Source: Parcubacteria group bacterium (lineage in GTDB: Bacteria; Patescibacteriota; Minisyncoccia; Moranbacterales; UBA2206). Taken from it: a DNA stretch of 64,000 bases. The position numbers and the translations under genes were made by a program. The stretch covers positions 92,833 through 156,832 of the forward strand of contig JBAZUU010000003.1 of the NCBI GenBank assembly GCA_041661275.1. Reading direction: 5' to 3'. Positions 48,405 to 58,500 of this stretch are shown piece by piece; position 1 is the first letter of the stretch, and the number at the start of each line of letters is the position of its first letter. Under the pieces are notes generated by a model. The model had not been told where the DNA came from. It saw nothing but the letters and a program-made list of their open reading frames with translations, and did not search any database.

Positions 48405-50327
48405 ATGTCAAAGATTCTAGGAATCGATCTGGGAACAACCAACTCCGCGATGGCGGTAGTTGAAGGCGGACAGCCGAACATTGTCGAGAACAAAGAAGGA
48501 GCGAGAACTACTCCTTCGATGGTAGCTATGTCTAAAACCAACGAAAGACTGGTCGGGCTTTTGGCCAAACGCCAGGCTGTCACCAATCCGGAAAACACTT
48601 TGTTTTCCATCAAGCGTCTCATTGGTCGCGCCTTTGAGGATGAAGAAGTGCAAAGAGATTTAAAACTGATGCCATACAAAATTGTCAAAGCTAATGGCGG
48701 TGTGAAAGTGAAAATGTCGGATAAGGAATATACTCCTCAAGAAATTTCCGCTATGATTTTGGGAAAATTGAAAGCGGATGCGGAAGATAAATTGGGTGAA
48801 AAAATAACGGAAGCCGTCATCACCGTTCCGGCCTATTTCAACGACTCACAAAGAAAAGCGACCAAGGAAGCGGGAGAAATCGCGGGACTCAAAGTTCTTC
48901 GTATCATCAATGAACCGACGGCAGCCGCTTTGGCCTATGGTTTCAACAAGAAAAAAGAAGAAAAAATCGCCGTCTATGACTTGGGAGGCGGAACTTTTGA
49001 TATTTCCATTTTGGAAGTGGGTGACGACACCGTGGAAGTGAAATCAACCAATGGTGATACGCATCTTGGAGGAGACGATTTTGACCAGAGAATAATCCGT
49101 TGGATAATTGAAGAATTCAAAAAAAATGAAGCGATTGATCTGGGAAATGATCCGTTGGCACTGCAGCGAATAAAAGAAGCGGCGGAAAAAGCGAAGATCG
49201 AACTTTCAACAGCCATGGAAACGGAAATCAACCAACCTTTTATCACCACTGACGCTAATGGTCCAAAACACCTCGTTATGAAAATGACACGAGCCAAATT
49301 GGAAGAATTAGTGGGAGATCTAGTTGAAAAAACAATGGAGCCGATGAAAAAAGCTTTGTCTGATGCAAAATTATCTTCCAGCGATATCAATGAAGTGATT
49401 ATGGTTGGTGGAATGACCAGGATGCCGCTTGTAATTTCCACAGTAGAAAAATTTTTCGGCAAAAAACCAAATGCAAGTGTCAATCCGGACGAAGTAGTGG
49501 CGCTTGGTGCAGCGATCCAAGGAGGAGTTTTGCAAGGGGATGTGAAAGACGTTCTGCTGCTTGATGTGACGCCTCTGACTTTCGGAATTGAAACTTTGGG
49601 CGGGGTGCGAACGCCACTCATCGAGAGAAACACAACTATTCCGACTTCGAAATCACAAATATTTTCTACAGCCGCGGACAATCAACCATCTGTCGAAATT
49701 CACGTTTTGCAAGGGGAGCGGGAAATGGCCAGCGACAACAAGACTTTGGGGCGATTTATTCTTGACGGCATTCCGCCTTCACCTCGCGGCCTTCCGCAAG
49801 TGGAAGTGACTTTTGACATCGATGCTAACGGAATTTTGTCAGTCAAAGCCAAAGACAAGGCTACTGGCAAAGAACAGTCTATCCGCATTGAAGCTTCGAC
49901 TGGTCTTTCAAAAGATGAAATAGAAAAAATGAAAAAAGACGCCGAAGCGCACGCGGAGGAAGACAAGAAGAAAAAGGAACTCATCGAAACTCGCAATATG
50001 GCCGACACTCTGGTCTATACCACCGAAAAAGCCATTCGCGATGCCGGCGACAAAATAACCGCGGACGAAAAAAAGCCGGTGGAAGAAGCGATCGAGAACT
50101 TGAAAAAGGTGAAGGATGGCGATGACGTGGAAGCCATCAAAAAAGCGACGACTGATATGTCCACCGCGGCGCAAAAGATTGGGGAGAAACTTTACAAGGC
50201 TGCGGGTGAAGACAAGAGAGCTAATCCATTAGATGAATTTCAAAAAGCAGGCAAACCAACGGGCGATGGAGATGTGAAGGATGCGGAGACGAAAGAAGAG
50301 GACAAGAAGGACGAGGATAAAAAATAG
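48405..50327 (+). CDS. dnaK: molecular chaperone DnaK (Hsp70)
   Basis: [25 protein letters not shown] and the full Hsp70 architecture. The protein is 640 aa. Confidence 0.97.
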   Translation: MSKILGIDLGTTNSAMAVVEGGQPNIVENKEGARTTPSMVAMSKTNERLVGLLAKRQAVTNPENTLFSIKRLIGRAFEDEEVQRDLKLMPYKIVKANGGVKVKMSDKEYTPQEISAMILGKLKADAEDKLGEKITEAVITVPAYFNDSQRKATKEAGEIAGLKVLRIINEPTAAALAYGFNKKKEEKIAVYDLGGGTFDISILEVGDDTVEVKSTNGDTHLGGDDFDQRIIRWIIEEFKKNEAIDLGNDPLALQRIKEAAEKAKIELSTAMETEINQPFITTDANGPKHLVMKMTRAKLEELVGDLVEKTMEPMKKALSDAKLSSSDINEVIMVGGMTRMPLVISTVEKFFGKKPNASVNPDEVVALGAAIQGGVLQGDVKDVLLLDVTPLTFGIETLGGVRTPLIERNTTIPTSKSQIFSTAADNQPSVEIHVLQGEREMASDNKTLGRFILDGIPPSPRGLPQVEVTFDIDANGILSVKAKDKATGKEQSIRIEASTGLSKDEIEKMKKDAEAHAEEDKKKKELIETRNMADTLVYTTEKAIRDAGDKITADEKKPVEEAIENLKKVKDGDDVEAIKKATTDMSTAAQKIGEKLYKAAGEDKRANPLDEFQKAGKPTGDGDVKDAETKEEDKKDEDKK

Positions 50328-50339
50328 AAAAAACAAAAA

Positions 50340-50366
50340 GAGCGAGATTTAATTCTCGCTCTTTTG
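50340..50366 (+). terminator. rho-independent terminator after dnaK
   Basis: agagcgagatttaattctcgctctttt. Confidence 0.7.
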
Positions 50367-50563
50367 TGTTAGAATAAGTCCAATAAGTCCTAGTCAGGAT
50401 TTTCTTCAGCAAGGCGGATTTACAAAAAGGTTTTATTGGAAAAGAAAAAATTTACAAAAGTATAACTAATGGATCGTCTGCCAGGGCGGTTGGATTTTTT
50501 GACTTTCAGTTTAGTGCGTGATAGCTTGAAAGTAGTTCCGTCATATTCTAAAAAGGAGGGGAA

Positions 50564-50788
50564 ATGGATACGAAAGGAAACCCAGTTCGTTATAAAACAG
50601 TAGAAAAAAACTGTCAGGTTAGGCGAAATGTCTTTTGCATAAATTACGAAGATTGCCTGGATTATGCCATTATGAAAAGATGGCCGGGGTTTTCGTGCGA
50701 AAGATGCGATCAATACGAAGCCGAGGATCAAGTAAGGCAAGATATGATTGGCAATTTAGTCAATCCTTTTGACAGTATCTTTGATTAA
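50564..50788 (+). CDS. small Cys-containing hypothetical protein
   Basis: AAGGAGGGG RBS. 74 aa with CQVRRNVFC...CERCDQ. Confidence 0.4.
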   Translation: MDTKGNPVRYKTVEKNCQVRRNVFCINYEDCLDYAIMKRWPGFSCERCDQYEAEDQVRQDMIGNLVNPFDSIFD

Positions 50789-50840
50789 TGCGCGAAAAAA
50801 CAATACAAAAACCAGATAAATTGCAGGAAGGGAATAGGTC

Positions 50841-51050
50841 ATGACCGATGACAATATTTTTCAGAAAGTGTTGAAGGTAGGCGACAGTGGGGGAGATCTT
50901 GACAGTCTCGAAAGCGAGATTTTGGAAAAGAGAAGGGAGTTGAAGGCTGGATTTTCCGGAGCGAGCAGGGAAGAAATAAAACGGGTGAGAAAGTATCTAA
51001 TATCAGTCTTCGAACCCAAAAGACAAATTGCTTTTCTTCTGTCGGAATAA
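50841..51050 (+). CDS. small hypothetical protein
   Basis: 69 aa with GGAAGGGA upstream. Confidence 0.35.
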   Translation: MTDDNIFQKVLKVGDSGGDLDSLESEILEKRRELKAGFSGASREEIKRVRKYLISVFEPKRQIAFLLSE

Positions 51051-51339
51051 GAAGCCAACGCGCAAAGCAAAAATTTGTATGCTTCTCACTGGCGAAGGTT
51101 GATCTCAAAAAGACAAGTTCAAACGGGAATCTAAAGGGCTCCCGTTTTTCAATTGGCTATGGGTTTATAAAAAGACCGGACTTGTTGCGTATAGTTGTCA
51201 TTTTTTGATTATGCCTGTAGAATGCCAGCAAGGAGAGGAGGGACTCTTTTTTATTATTTCTAATGAGAATAATGAAAAGTGTTCATAATTTTGTATCAGC
51301 GGCAAGATCTTTTAAAACATTCGACTAGGAGAAGACAGG

Positions 51340-52695
51340 ATGGGAAAAACAAAGGAAGTCTCGACTGGTCAAACAAGGAACGGTAAAAATAGTTCCGCTT
51401 ATGTTCCTGACACCAATGTCTTTATAATCGATCCCAAAGGAGCTGTCAAGCGTCTGCAAGCGGATGGAAGAGATGTCGTCATTCCGTGGATATCCATTAT
51501 GGAGCTTCGCGGCTTGACAAATCGGCCTGACATTGCCTATGAAGCCAGGACGGCGCTCAAAACCATAAGAGCGGCATTAAAAAATTACTACCCCTCGGTG
51601 AGTTGTTGCCGCAAATTTTCAACCAGATTTTTGAAAGACTTGGACAGGAGCGAGAATGATGATAAGATAGTCGCCACAGCAGCCACGCTTCTGAGAAATC
51701 ATGAGTACGAAAAGGTCACAATCGTCACCAGAGATGAAACGATGTCGATGATAGCCGAGGAACTAGGAGTCGACGTTATGGATTATCCCTACGATAAGGT
51801 CGACACTCTCAATATCTCGGCAATAAAAGAAATCAACGTGCCATTTGATGTTATCGATTTTGAAAGTCTTACCTTTCCTCTCGATGATGATGAATACGCG
51901 GGAATCATGCAAAATGAAGGGGTTATCTGCCGCAGCGACTGGCGTCCCAACGGCCAGAGAGGAGACTGGGCGCCAGCTTTCGCTGCTATCAGGAAGGGTA
52001 ATGTTTTTCGGATAATTCCCGATGACATCGAGGCGGTTGGTATTAAGCCGTATAACATCAACGGTAATGGGTCGAACTGGAGCCAAAAAATAGCATTGTA
52101 TCAACTACTTGATCCTGAAATCAAATTCGTGATTCTTCACGGCTCAACTGGCAGTGGAAAAACTCTCTTGGCTATTGCTGCTGCCATTGCACAGCGGTCG
52201 AAGTATGATCAGATCATCATTATGCGTCCGATGGTTCCTGTCGGTGGCAAAGATGAGCTTGGCTTTCTTCCCGGTGACAAGGAAGAAAAAATGGCTCCGT
52301 GGCTGCGTCCGATCCAACAGGCCTTCAAGGTTATCAAGAAAAGGGGATCGTGCAAGGTTGACATTCCTGATATGATAGAGAAGGAAAAAATCATCTTCGA
52401 ACATATCGGACATGTCCGCGGAATGACCTATAACGACGTCTTTATTATTGTCGATGAGACGCAGAACTTCGATTCAAACTCGGCTAAGTCGGTAATTTCG
52501 AGGCTCGGCGAGGATGCCAAGATGATTTTTACTGGCGATCTTGGGCAGATAGACCATCGATTTATCAATGAGAAGACTAGTGGCCTGGCGCATGCCATTG
52601 TCCATATGTCTGATCATCCTGAACTTGCAACGACGTTTTTTGTTGATACGGTTCGCTCCAACGTAGCGAAGTTAGTTCAGGAAAGATGGAAATAG
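51340..52695 (+). CDS. PIN-domain plus PhoH-like ATPase (YlaK-type)
   Basis: N-terminal PIN (YVPDTNVFI). PhoH Walker A ILHGSTGSGKT and LGFLPGDKEEKMAPWLRPI. Confidence 0.85.
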   Translation: MGKTKEVSTGQTRNGKNSSAYVPDTNVFIIDPKGAVKRLQADGRDVVIPWISIMELRGLTNRPDIAYEARTALKTIRAALKNYYPSVSCCRKFSTRFLKDLDRSENDDKIVATAATLLRNHEYEKVTIVTRDETMSMIAEELGVDVMDYPYDKVDTLNISAIKEINVPFDVIDFESLTFPLDDDEYAGIMQNEGVICRSDWRPNGQRGDWAPAFAAIRKGNVFRIIPDDIEAVGIKPYNINGNGSNWSQKIALYQLLDPEIKFVILHGSTGSGKTLLAIAAAIAQRSKYDQIIIMRPMVPVGGKDELGFLPGDKEEKMAPWLRPIQQAFKVIKKRGSCKVDIPDMIEKEKIIFEHIGHVRGMTYNDVFIIVDETQNFDSNSAKSVISRLGEDAKMIFTGDLGQIDHRFINEKTSGLAHAIVHMSDHPELATTFFVDTVRSNVAKLVQERWK

Positions 52696-52858
52696 CAAGC
52701 ATCTTTAGTCAAAAACATTTGCGAGCGTGGGAACCTTTTTTGGTTCTACACGCTCTTTTTTGTGTTTGGTCGCATGAGTAATAAATAGTGTTTTCCTAAA
52801 GTATTTCCAATTCTATCTTTTTATGGTATTATATTATCAAATAAACAAAAACAAAAAT

Positions 52859-54181
52859 ATGTCACAAGAAACATCGAACCAAGGTGGTCCAAAATTAAAT
52901 AAAAAAGGCTGCGCTATTTTTGTGATTTGCGTAGTCCTTTTTGTTTCAGGAAGTTTTCTGGTCGATTTGGCGGGCGGATTTCCGATGATCGTCAATTGGT
53001 TTTTCACTCATGGCGACAAGGAACCGACTATTGAGGAAATTTTGAAGGGGACAGAGCCGACGGCGGCCAGGCAATATACCTTTCAAGAACCGACCAGGGA
53101 AGCGAAAAGCAGGACGATTGATTGCAAAAAACTAAATGCTTTTTCTGAACTGAAACCGCAAAATCCGCTTTGTCTTAATCTCTATAAAACAAACGCCAAG
53201 GAGATTGATGATAAGATTCAAACCGGCCAATACGATCGCATTATTCTGTATGGACAAAATTTAATCTTTGACGCTCCGTCGCAGTGGGAAATAGAGGATG
53301 TCCCTGGTGTGGATAAGCCAAAAGATACCAGTGTTAAAAGAGACGAATTGGCTCAACATGTTTATCAAAGCGCATACTTCAATGACCAAATTACTATGCC
53401 GGCCTTGCTTAAACTTTATGGTCTCAAGGATCTAAGCTTACAAAAAACTGTCTTTAGCGGGAGGCTGATATTTCCTTACCCGGCTATTTATTCCAGGGTG
53501 TCGACATATCAGGATCGAAAGGTTCTCTGTAAGGATTCATTGGAAAAAGACGGAACACCGCAGGGTTGCGCCCATCAATTCTGGAATAATGTCGTGAGCT
53601 ACAGTGCTATCAGAAATCCGATGTCTATGCCTGAGCAGAGGGTTCATCGAAACGGCCGCGAAGATTTCCTTTATTTTGATCAGAACCAGCCTCAAAACTG
53701 TTTTACCAGCGATATTTTCATGCATGAGACAGCCCATAATCTTCTCAGTCTTTCTATGTATGCCGGAAAACATATGGTGGGGGAAGGGGAGTTAAAATAT
53801 TTTAACGAGCATCAGGCGGGCTTTGCCGGAGATATGTACAGCGAAATAGCTTGCGGGGAAGGAAATGTTGTTAACCTAAAAACTAACAAAAAGGTGTCAT
53901 TCGACAGCATTATGTCCTATAATTCTATCTATCCGGCTGGTGAAATGTCCTCATCTCATCCTATTGACAATCAATGCCGGCTGGCCGCACTTACTCAGTG
54001 GAACCGAATACTTAATGCAAAAAATTGGCAGGAGAAATTTGCTGGTTTTTATACCTTGCTTCGTGATAATTCCAAAACAAAACCGTTTCAAACTGATAAA
54101 GATTTTATAAAGTTTGTCTCTGATGCATCTGGTGACCCAAACGCTGTGGCCTTTCTTAATTCCTACGGCTGCGGACTATAG
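52859..54181 (+). CDS. membrane-anchored hypothetical protein with HExxH (zincin-like) motif
   Basis: N-terminal TM. IFMHETAHNL motif. No family confidently recognised. Confidence 0.45.
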   Translation: MSQETSNQGGPKLNKKGCAIFVICVVLFVSGSFLVDLAGGFPMIVNWFFTHGDKEPTIEEILKGTEPTAARQYTFQEPTREAKSRTIDCKKLNAFSELKPQNPLCLNLYKTNAKEIDDKIQTGQYDRIILYGQNLIFDAPSQWEIEDVPGVDKPKDTSVKRDELAQHVYQSAYFNDQITMPALLKLYGLKDLSLQKTVFSGRLIFPYPAIYSRVSTYQDRKVLCKDSLEKDGTPQGCAHQFWNNVVSYSAIRNPMSMPEQRVHRNGREDFLYFDQNQPQNCFTSDIFMHETAHNLLSLSMYAGKHMVGEGELKYFNEHQAGFAGDMYSEIACGEGNVVNLKTNKKVSFDSIMSYNSIYPAGEMSSSHPIDNQCRLAALTQWNRILNAKNWQEKFAGFYTLLRDNSKTKPFQTDKDFIKFVSDASGDPNAVAFLNSYGCGL

Positions 54182-54201
54182 TAAGCACCGAAATAAAGAA
54201 A

Positions 54202-54228
54202 TTAGCACTCTCGACCAGGGATTGCTAA
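54202..54228. promoter_or_regulatory. CIRCE-like operator, one mismatch
   Basis: TTAGCACTC-tcgaccagg-GATTGCTAA, upstream of dnaJ. Confidence 0.55.
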
Positions 54229-54276
54229 TTTTTTTATTTCATGATAAATTATAAAGGTTAAATTGTATTCATAAAT

Positions 54277-55392
54277 ATGGCGGATTACTATAATATACTT
54301 GGAGTTTCCAAGGGTTCGTCGGATGACGAGATAAAAAAAGCCTATCGAAAATTGGCGCATAAATATCATCCGGATAAAGCCGGCGGAGACGAAAAAAAAT
54401 TCAAAGAAATAAACGAAGCCTATCAAGTGCTTTCGGATAAATCGAAACGCGAACAATATGACCGTTTCGGAAAAACTTTCGAAGGTGGAGGTTTTTCCGC
54501 CGGAGGCGGATCCGCCTATGGCGGAGATTTTTCCGGTTTCGATTTTAGCAATTTTTCTCGTCAACAAGGGGGCGGAATCAACTTCGAATTTGGTGGTGAA
54601 GACTTGGAAGATATTTTCTCCAATTTTTTTGGTGGCGGACGAGGTCGAGCGCAAGCAAGAAAGAAAAGAGGACAGGACATCCAGGTGGATGTGGAAATAG
54701 ATTTTTTGGAAATGATCCGTGGAACAGAACGGGAAATTAATATTCGAAAAAATACCACTTGTGATCGCTGTGCGGGAACGGGCGGGGATCCAGGCTCGGA
54801 ACAAAAAACTTGTCCGGTATGCAAAGGAGCAGGACGGGTGCAAAAAACCTCCCGCAGTTTTTTCGGCTCATTTTCGCAAGTGACGACTTGTCCGGAATGC
54901 CAGGGAGAAGGGAAAATATGGGAGAAAAAATGTTCCAAATGCAAAGGCGCGGGAAGAACTCAAGAAAACCAAACGATAAAGATTAAAATTCCAGCTGGCA
55001 TTGAAAATGGTGGTGTTATTTCCGTTTCTGGTGTGGGTGAAGCTGGTGAAAAAGGCGCGAGTGCCGGAGATCTCTATATAAATGTTCATGTCCGGTCGCA
55101 TCCTAAATTTGTCAGGCATGGCCTCGATATTCACAGCGAAGAAACTATTTCTTTTTCCTTAGCTGCACTTGGCGGGGAAATTTCAATCGAAACTGTTGAT
55201 GGACAATTAATTCTCAAGATTCCTGCCGGAACACAATCAGGAGAAATTTTCCGGATAAAAGAAAAAGGTGTGCCAGAGGTTCGCGGTCGCGGTCGGGGAA
55301 ATCAGATGGTAAAAATAATCGTCACGATCCCCCGGAAGCTAACACGCGAGCAAAAAGAATTGATCGAGAAACTGGGGAAAACAGGAGAGTAA
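54277..55392 (+). CDS. dnaJ: molecular chaperone DnaJ
   Basis: J-domain YYNILGV...HPDK, a G/F region and four CxxCxGxG repeats. Confidence 0.95.
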   Translation: MADYYNILGVSKGSSDDEIKKAYRKLAHKYHPDKAGGDEKKFKEINEAYQVLSDKSKREQYDRFGKTFEGGGFSAGGGSAYGGDFSGFDFSNFSRQQGGGINFEFGGEDLEDIFSNFFGGGRGRAQARKKRGQDIQVDVEIDFLEMIRGTEREINIRKNTTCDRCAGTGGDPGSEQKTCPVCKGAGRVQKTSRSFFGSFSQVTTCPECQGEGKIWEKKCSKCKGAGRTQENQTIKIKIPAGIENGGVISVSGVGEAGEKGASAGDLYINVHVRSHPKFVRHGLDIHSEETISFSLAALGGEISIETVDGQLILKIPAGTQSGEIFRIKEKGVPEVRGRGRGNQMVKIIVTIPRKLTREQKELIEKLGKTGE

Positions 55393-55408
55393 ATACTGTG
55401 GTATAATA

Positions 55409-55666
55409 ATGATGAGGTCAGACTTCATCAAAATGAAAAAAACAATTTTCATCATCGCGTTTCTTTATTGTGTCTTTATGTTCTCTTATCTTTCGTCTAA
55501 ATATCTGTTGGAAGACCAAGCTCAATGCGGAAGATGTGTCCGGGTATGCCAGGTAACGTGTCTGGATAAAAACCCATGCAGCTTTGCAGGCTATGTCAAA
55601 ACATATTTCATGTCCGCTTTTAGTGGCTGTAAAAAATATTTTAAAATAAATATCAAATCAATATGA
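55409..55666 (+). CDS. small membrane/Cys-containing hypothetical protein
   Basis: 85-aa ORF with TM and CGRCVRVCQVTC. Confidence 0.3.
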   Translation: MMRSDFIKMKKTIFIIAFLYCVFMFSYLSSKYLLEDQAQCGRCVRVCQVTCLDKNPCSFAGYVKTYFMSAFSGCKKYFKINIKSI

Positions 55667-56160
55667 ATCTCGCAACAATACTTTCCAAATTAGGAATCGC
55701 CACTAGTTTTACTCAAGACGTAACCTTGCTGATTGTCATTGCTCTCGCCAGTTTTCTTTTTGCAGTTTTTATCGGCAAATCAAAACTAGCGGCCGTTTTA
55801 GTCGGGTCATACATTTCCTTTGCTCTTATCAGCGTAGTGCCCGAAAGTTATCTGGCGGGAAATGGGTATAAATTCCTGGCTTTCTTGATAATTATGGTAG
55901 GGTTGACTTTATGGGGCGGAAAAATGATCGATATTTCCATCGGTGGCATCGGGAGCGGGTTTATGTGGAAGATATTTGTGATGAGTTTTTTGGAAGTAGT
56001 GATGATTTTGAGCATCGTTCTCTCTCTTGTTGCCAAAAAAGACGCGCTCCTTTATGTTTCCTCGTCTTCATATGGATATCTGATAAATGACCCAATGCGT
56101 CTCATCTGGATGGCGGCGCCACTTCTCTTTTTGCTTTTTGTGCAGAAGAAAAGATATTAA
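55663..56160 (+). CDS. small multi-pass membrane protein (CvpA-like, tentative)
   Basis: 165 aa with four hydrophobic helices. Confidence 0.4.
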   Translation: MNLATILSKLGIATSFTQDVTLLIVIALASFLFAVFIGKSKLAAVLVGSYISFALISVVPESYLAGNGYKFLAFLIIMVGLTLWGGKMIDISIGGIGSGFMWKIFVMSFLEVVMILSIVLSLVAKKDALLYVSSSSYGYLINDPMRLIWMAAPLLFLLFVQKKRY

Positions 56161-56172
56161 ACTCTGGCGTCA

Positions 56173-56201
56173 TTGACTTGGAAATTAAGTTTTGCTACAA
56201 T
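56173..56201 (+). promoter_or_regulatory. consensus sigma70-type promoter upstream of tRNA-Lys
   Basis: TTGACT, 17-nt spacer, TACAAT. Confidence 0.5.
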
Positions 56202-56300
56202 AGCGAAAGTTGTTTTTCCGCAACTTGTTTTTAATATTTTGGGTCGTTATCTGCCTAGGGCGGACTGATAGAACAGTGTTAAAAACTTAATAAACAATAC

Positions 56301-56374
56301 GGGTCGTTAGCTCAGCCTGGTAGAGCAGTTGCCTTTTAAGCAAACGGTCGGAGGTTCGAATCCTCCACGACCCA
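56301..56374 (+). tRNA. tRNA-Lys (anticodon TTT)
   Basis: GGGTCGTTAGCTCAGCCTGGTAGAGCAGTTGCCTTTTAAGCAAACGGTCGGAGGTTCGAATCCTCCACGACCCA, close to E. coli tRNA-Lys. Confidence 0.85.
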
Positions 56375-56589
56375 CTAAATTAATTCTCGAAAGGGAATTT
56401 TTTGTCTTTTTGCTGCTATCTGCTATAATGTTAAATAGTCCCAGCACCAATTCCGATAAAGATTAGTGTAGTGTAAAGACTTGTGCTCGGATTCGCCTAA
56501 CGGCTTAAAAGATAAAATAATTTATAAATATACTTGCGAATTGGTGCGGGATGCTCATTCTTGTAGCTCCTCGTACCTCGGAGACAAAA

Positions 56590-57657
56590 ATGGCAAAAAA
56601 ATATTTTATTACGCTTTCTGTATTAATAGTAACAGTTGTCTTGTCCGGATGTTCTTTGATGCCGACGACCAATACTGCAAGTACCGAACAAAAAATTACT
56701 GTTTCACCTTCTGTCTGGAAATCAACGGACGGCGGTAGGACGTGGACAGTGAAAAATATCGCCAGCGCGAAACCAACATCTATCGATTGGGACGTTTTGC
56801 GGATTGTAGTGAATCCTACTGATTCTAATAATATCTTTGTTGGTCTCAAAAGCGGCGGAATGATGGTGAGTGTGGATGGCGGAGAACGTTGGAAGCCGAC
56901 TATTTTTGTTTCGGAAAAAGTATATGGGCTGGAACTAGCTCCTGACGGAAGGACAATTTACGCTAGCGCGGTTTATAACGGTCGGGGAAAAATTTTTAAG
57001 AGTGTGGATAAAGGTGAAAACTGGGAGGAAGTTTATACCGCGGCCAACGACGGGCCTCTGGTCGTTGCGATGAAACTGGACAAAAATGATCCACAAACAG
57101 TCTATGCGGCGACTTCCGACAATTTGCTTCTCAAAAGCCGTGACGGAGGAGGATCATGGAAAAATATTTTTAAGGCCGAAGCGCCGATTATCCAGATAGA
57201 AATAGATAAAAACGATTCCAATCTTCTATATATACTTGATGATGGTGGAAACGTAGCTCGGAGTAAGAATGGCGGAGAAGCGTTTGAAAAGATAACGCCA
57301 GAGAATTCCAATACAATGTTTGGATCGTCATCAGGGATCAGTGCTATAAGGGTGGGCATAGGAGCTAAGGAAATTTACGCTGCAGGAAACAATGGCATTG
57401 CCAAAAGCGGCGATACGGGAAATTCCTGGGAAAAAATCAATACACTAAACGATCCAGAAAGCACGCCAGTGACTGCCTTGGCTATAAATCCGCAAGATTC
57501 CAAAAAAATTGTTTATGGTTCAGCACAAGCGGCCTACGAATCGGTGGATAGCGGATCAAGCTGGACAGCTTTCCAATTCGAAGTTTCCAAGGGTATCACT
57601 GCTCTGGAATATGACCCGCAAAACCCGGATGTTGTTTGGGCGGGGTTTAAAAAATAA
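56590..57657 (+). CDS. BNR/Asp-box repeat lipoprotein (Ycf48-like beta-propeller)
   Basis: Lipobox LSGC. Seven S-x-D-x-G-x-x-W Asp-box repeats. Confidence 0.7.
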   Translation: MAKKYFITLSVLIVTVVLSGCSLMPTTNTASTEQKITVSPSVWKSTDGGRTWTVKNIASAKPTSIDWDVLRIVVNPTDSNNIFVGLKSGGMMVSVDGGERWKPTIFVSEKVYGLELAPDGRTIYASAVYNGRGKIFKSVDKGENWEEVYTAANDGPLVVAMKLDKNDPQTVYAATSDNLLLKSRDGGGSWKNIFKAEAPIIQIEIDKNDSNLLYILDDGGNVARSKNGGEAFEKITPENSNTMFGSSSGISAIRVGIGAKEIYAAGNNGIAKSGDTGNSWEKINTLNDPESTPVTALAINPQDSKKIVYGSAQAAYESVDSGSSWTAFQFEVSKGITALEYDPQNPDVVWAGFKK

Positions 57658-57660
57658 TAA

Positions 57661-57740
57661 GCGATGCGAACGATGCGAACTAACATGCGAATGATGCGAA
57701 TAGTTTGCGGCATTCGTATGAATTCGCGGATTGGCATCGC
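57661..57740. repeat. (GATGCGAA)x4 direct words followed by inverted TTCGCa words
   Basis: gcgatgcgaacgatgcgaactaacatgcgaatgatgcgaa...attcgcggattggcatcgc. Confidence 0.8.
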
Positions 57741-57749
57741 TATATAATT

Positions 57750-58307
57750 ATGGTAAAGTCACTTATCGACGGAAAAAAAGGAGATCTGGAAAAAGCGCTG
57801 GAACGCTTCAAGGAGGATTTGAACCAATTGAGAACGGGACGCGCCAGCGCGTCGCTTGTTGATTCTCTCATGGTGGATTATTATGGTTCAAAGTCACCTA
57901 TAAAACAGGTAGCCTCAATTACTACGCCTGATCCGAAAACTATTATGATATCTCCCTGGGACAAAGACAATCTGGTGAATATCGAAAAAGCCGTGCGGGA
58001 ATCGCAGCTCAATCTCAACCCGATGAATGATGGCCAAGTGATCCGGATCAATATCCCGCCGCTCAACGAAGAGCGCAGAAAAGAGTTGGTGAAAGTTTTG
58101 AACCAGAAAACGGAAGAATCTCGGGTGGCCATCAGGAAAAACAGAGAAGATGTTTGGGATGAAATTCAAGAACTGGAAAAAAATGGTGACATTGGCGAGG
58201 ATGATAAATTTTCCGGAAAAGAAAGACTGCAAAAGATGATTGATGAGTATAATGATAAAATTGAGGAAATTAGAGAGAAGAAGGAGCAGGAAATAATGAC
58301 AATATAA
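57750..58307 (+). CDS. frr: ribosome recycling factor
   Basis: MVKSLIDG...RTGRASASLVDSLMVDYYGSKSPIKQVASITTPDPKTIMISPWDK. Confidence 0.85.
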   Translation: MVKSLIDGKKGDLEKALERFKEDLNQLRTGRASASLVDSLMVDYYGSKSPIKQVASITTPDPKTIMISPWDKDNLVNIEKAVRESQLNLNPMNDGQVIRINIPPLNEERRKELVKVLNQKTEESRVAIRKNREDVWDEIQELEKNGDIGEDDKFSGKERLQKMIDEYNDKIEEIREKKEQEIMTI

Positions 58308-58319
58308 CAAACAATTTAA

Positions 58320-58486
58320 CCGTCATCCCGAGCGAAGTGAGCCTGCGAAGCAGGAGAACGGAGTCGAGGGATCTGCTAAATACTACTTCAAGTTTAGTTA
58401 TTAGCAGGATTTATAACCAGAGGTAATTCAAGGCAGATCCTTCGACTCCGGTTCGACTTTCGTCGAACCTCCGCTCAGGATGACGG
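58320..58486. mobile_element. MITE-like hairpin element, copy F
   Basis: ccgtcatcccgagcgaagtgagcc...ccgctcaggatgacgg with the inner hairpin ggttcgac-tttc-gtcgaacc. Confidence 0.8.
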
Positions 58487-58500
58487 CGTTTTTTATTTTT

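Noticed and set aside
48974-49681. 235-aa minus-strand ORF inside dnaK
   Set aside because: It is antisense to dnaK. This is a typical shadow ORF.
56240-56256. gggtcgttatctgcc upstream of tRNA-Lys as a duplicated tRNA 5' end (integration scar)
   Set aside because: Only about 12/17 identity to the tRNA 5' end, and there is no matching 3' half.
8404-58486. CRISPR array
   Set aside because: The repeats are inverted-repeat hairpin units scattered tens of kb apart. There is no short direct repeat with regular unique spacers.
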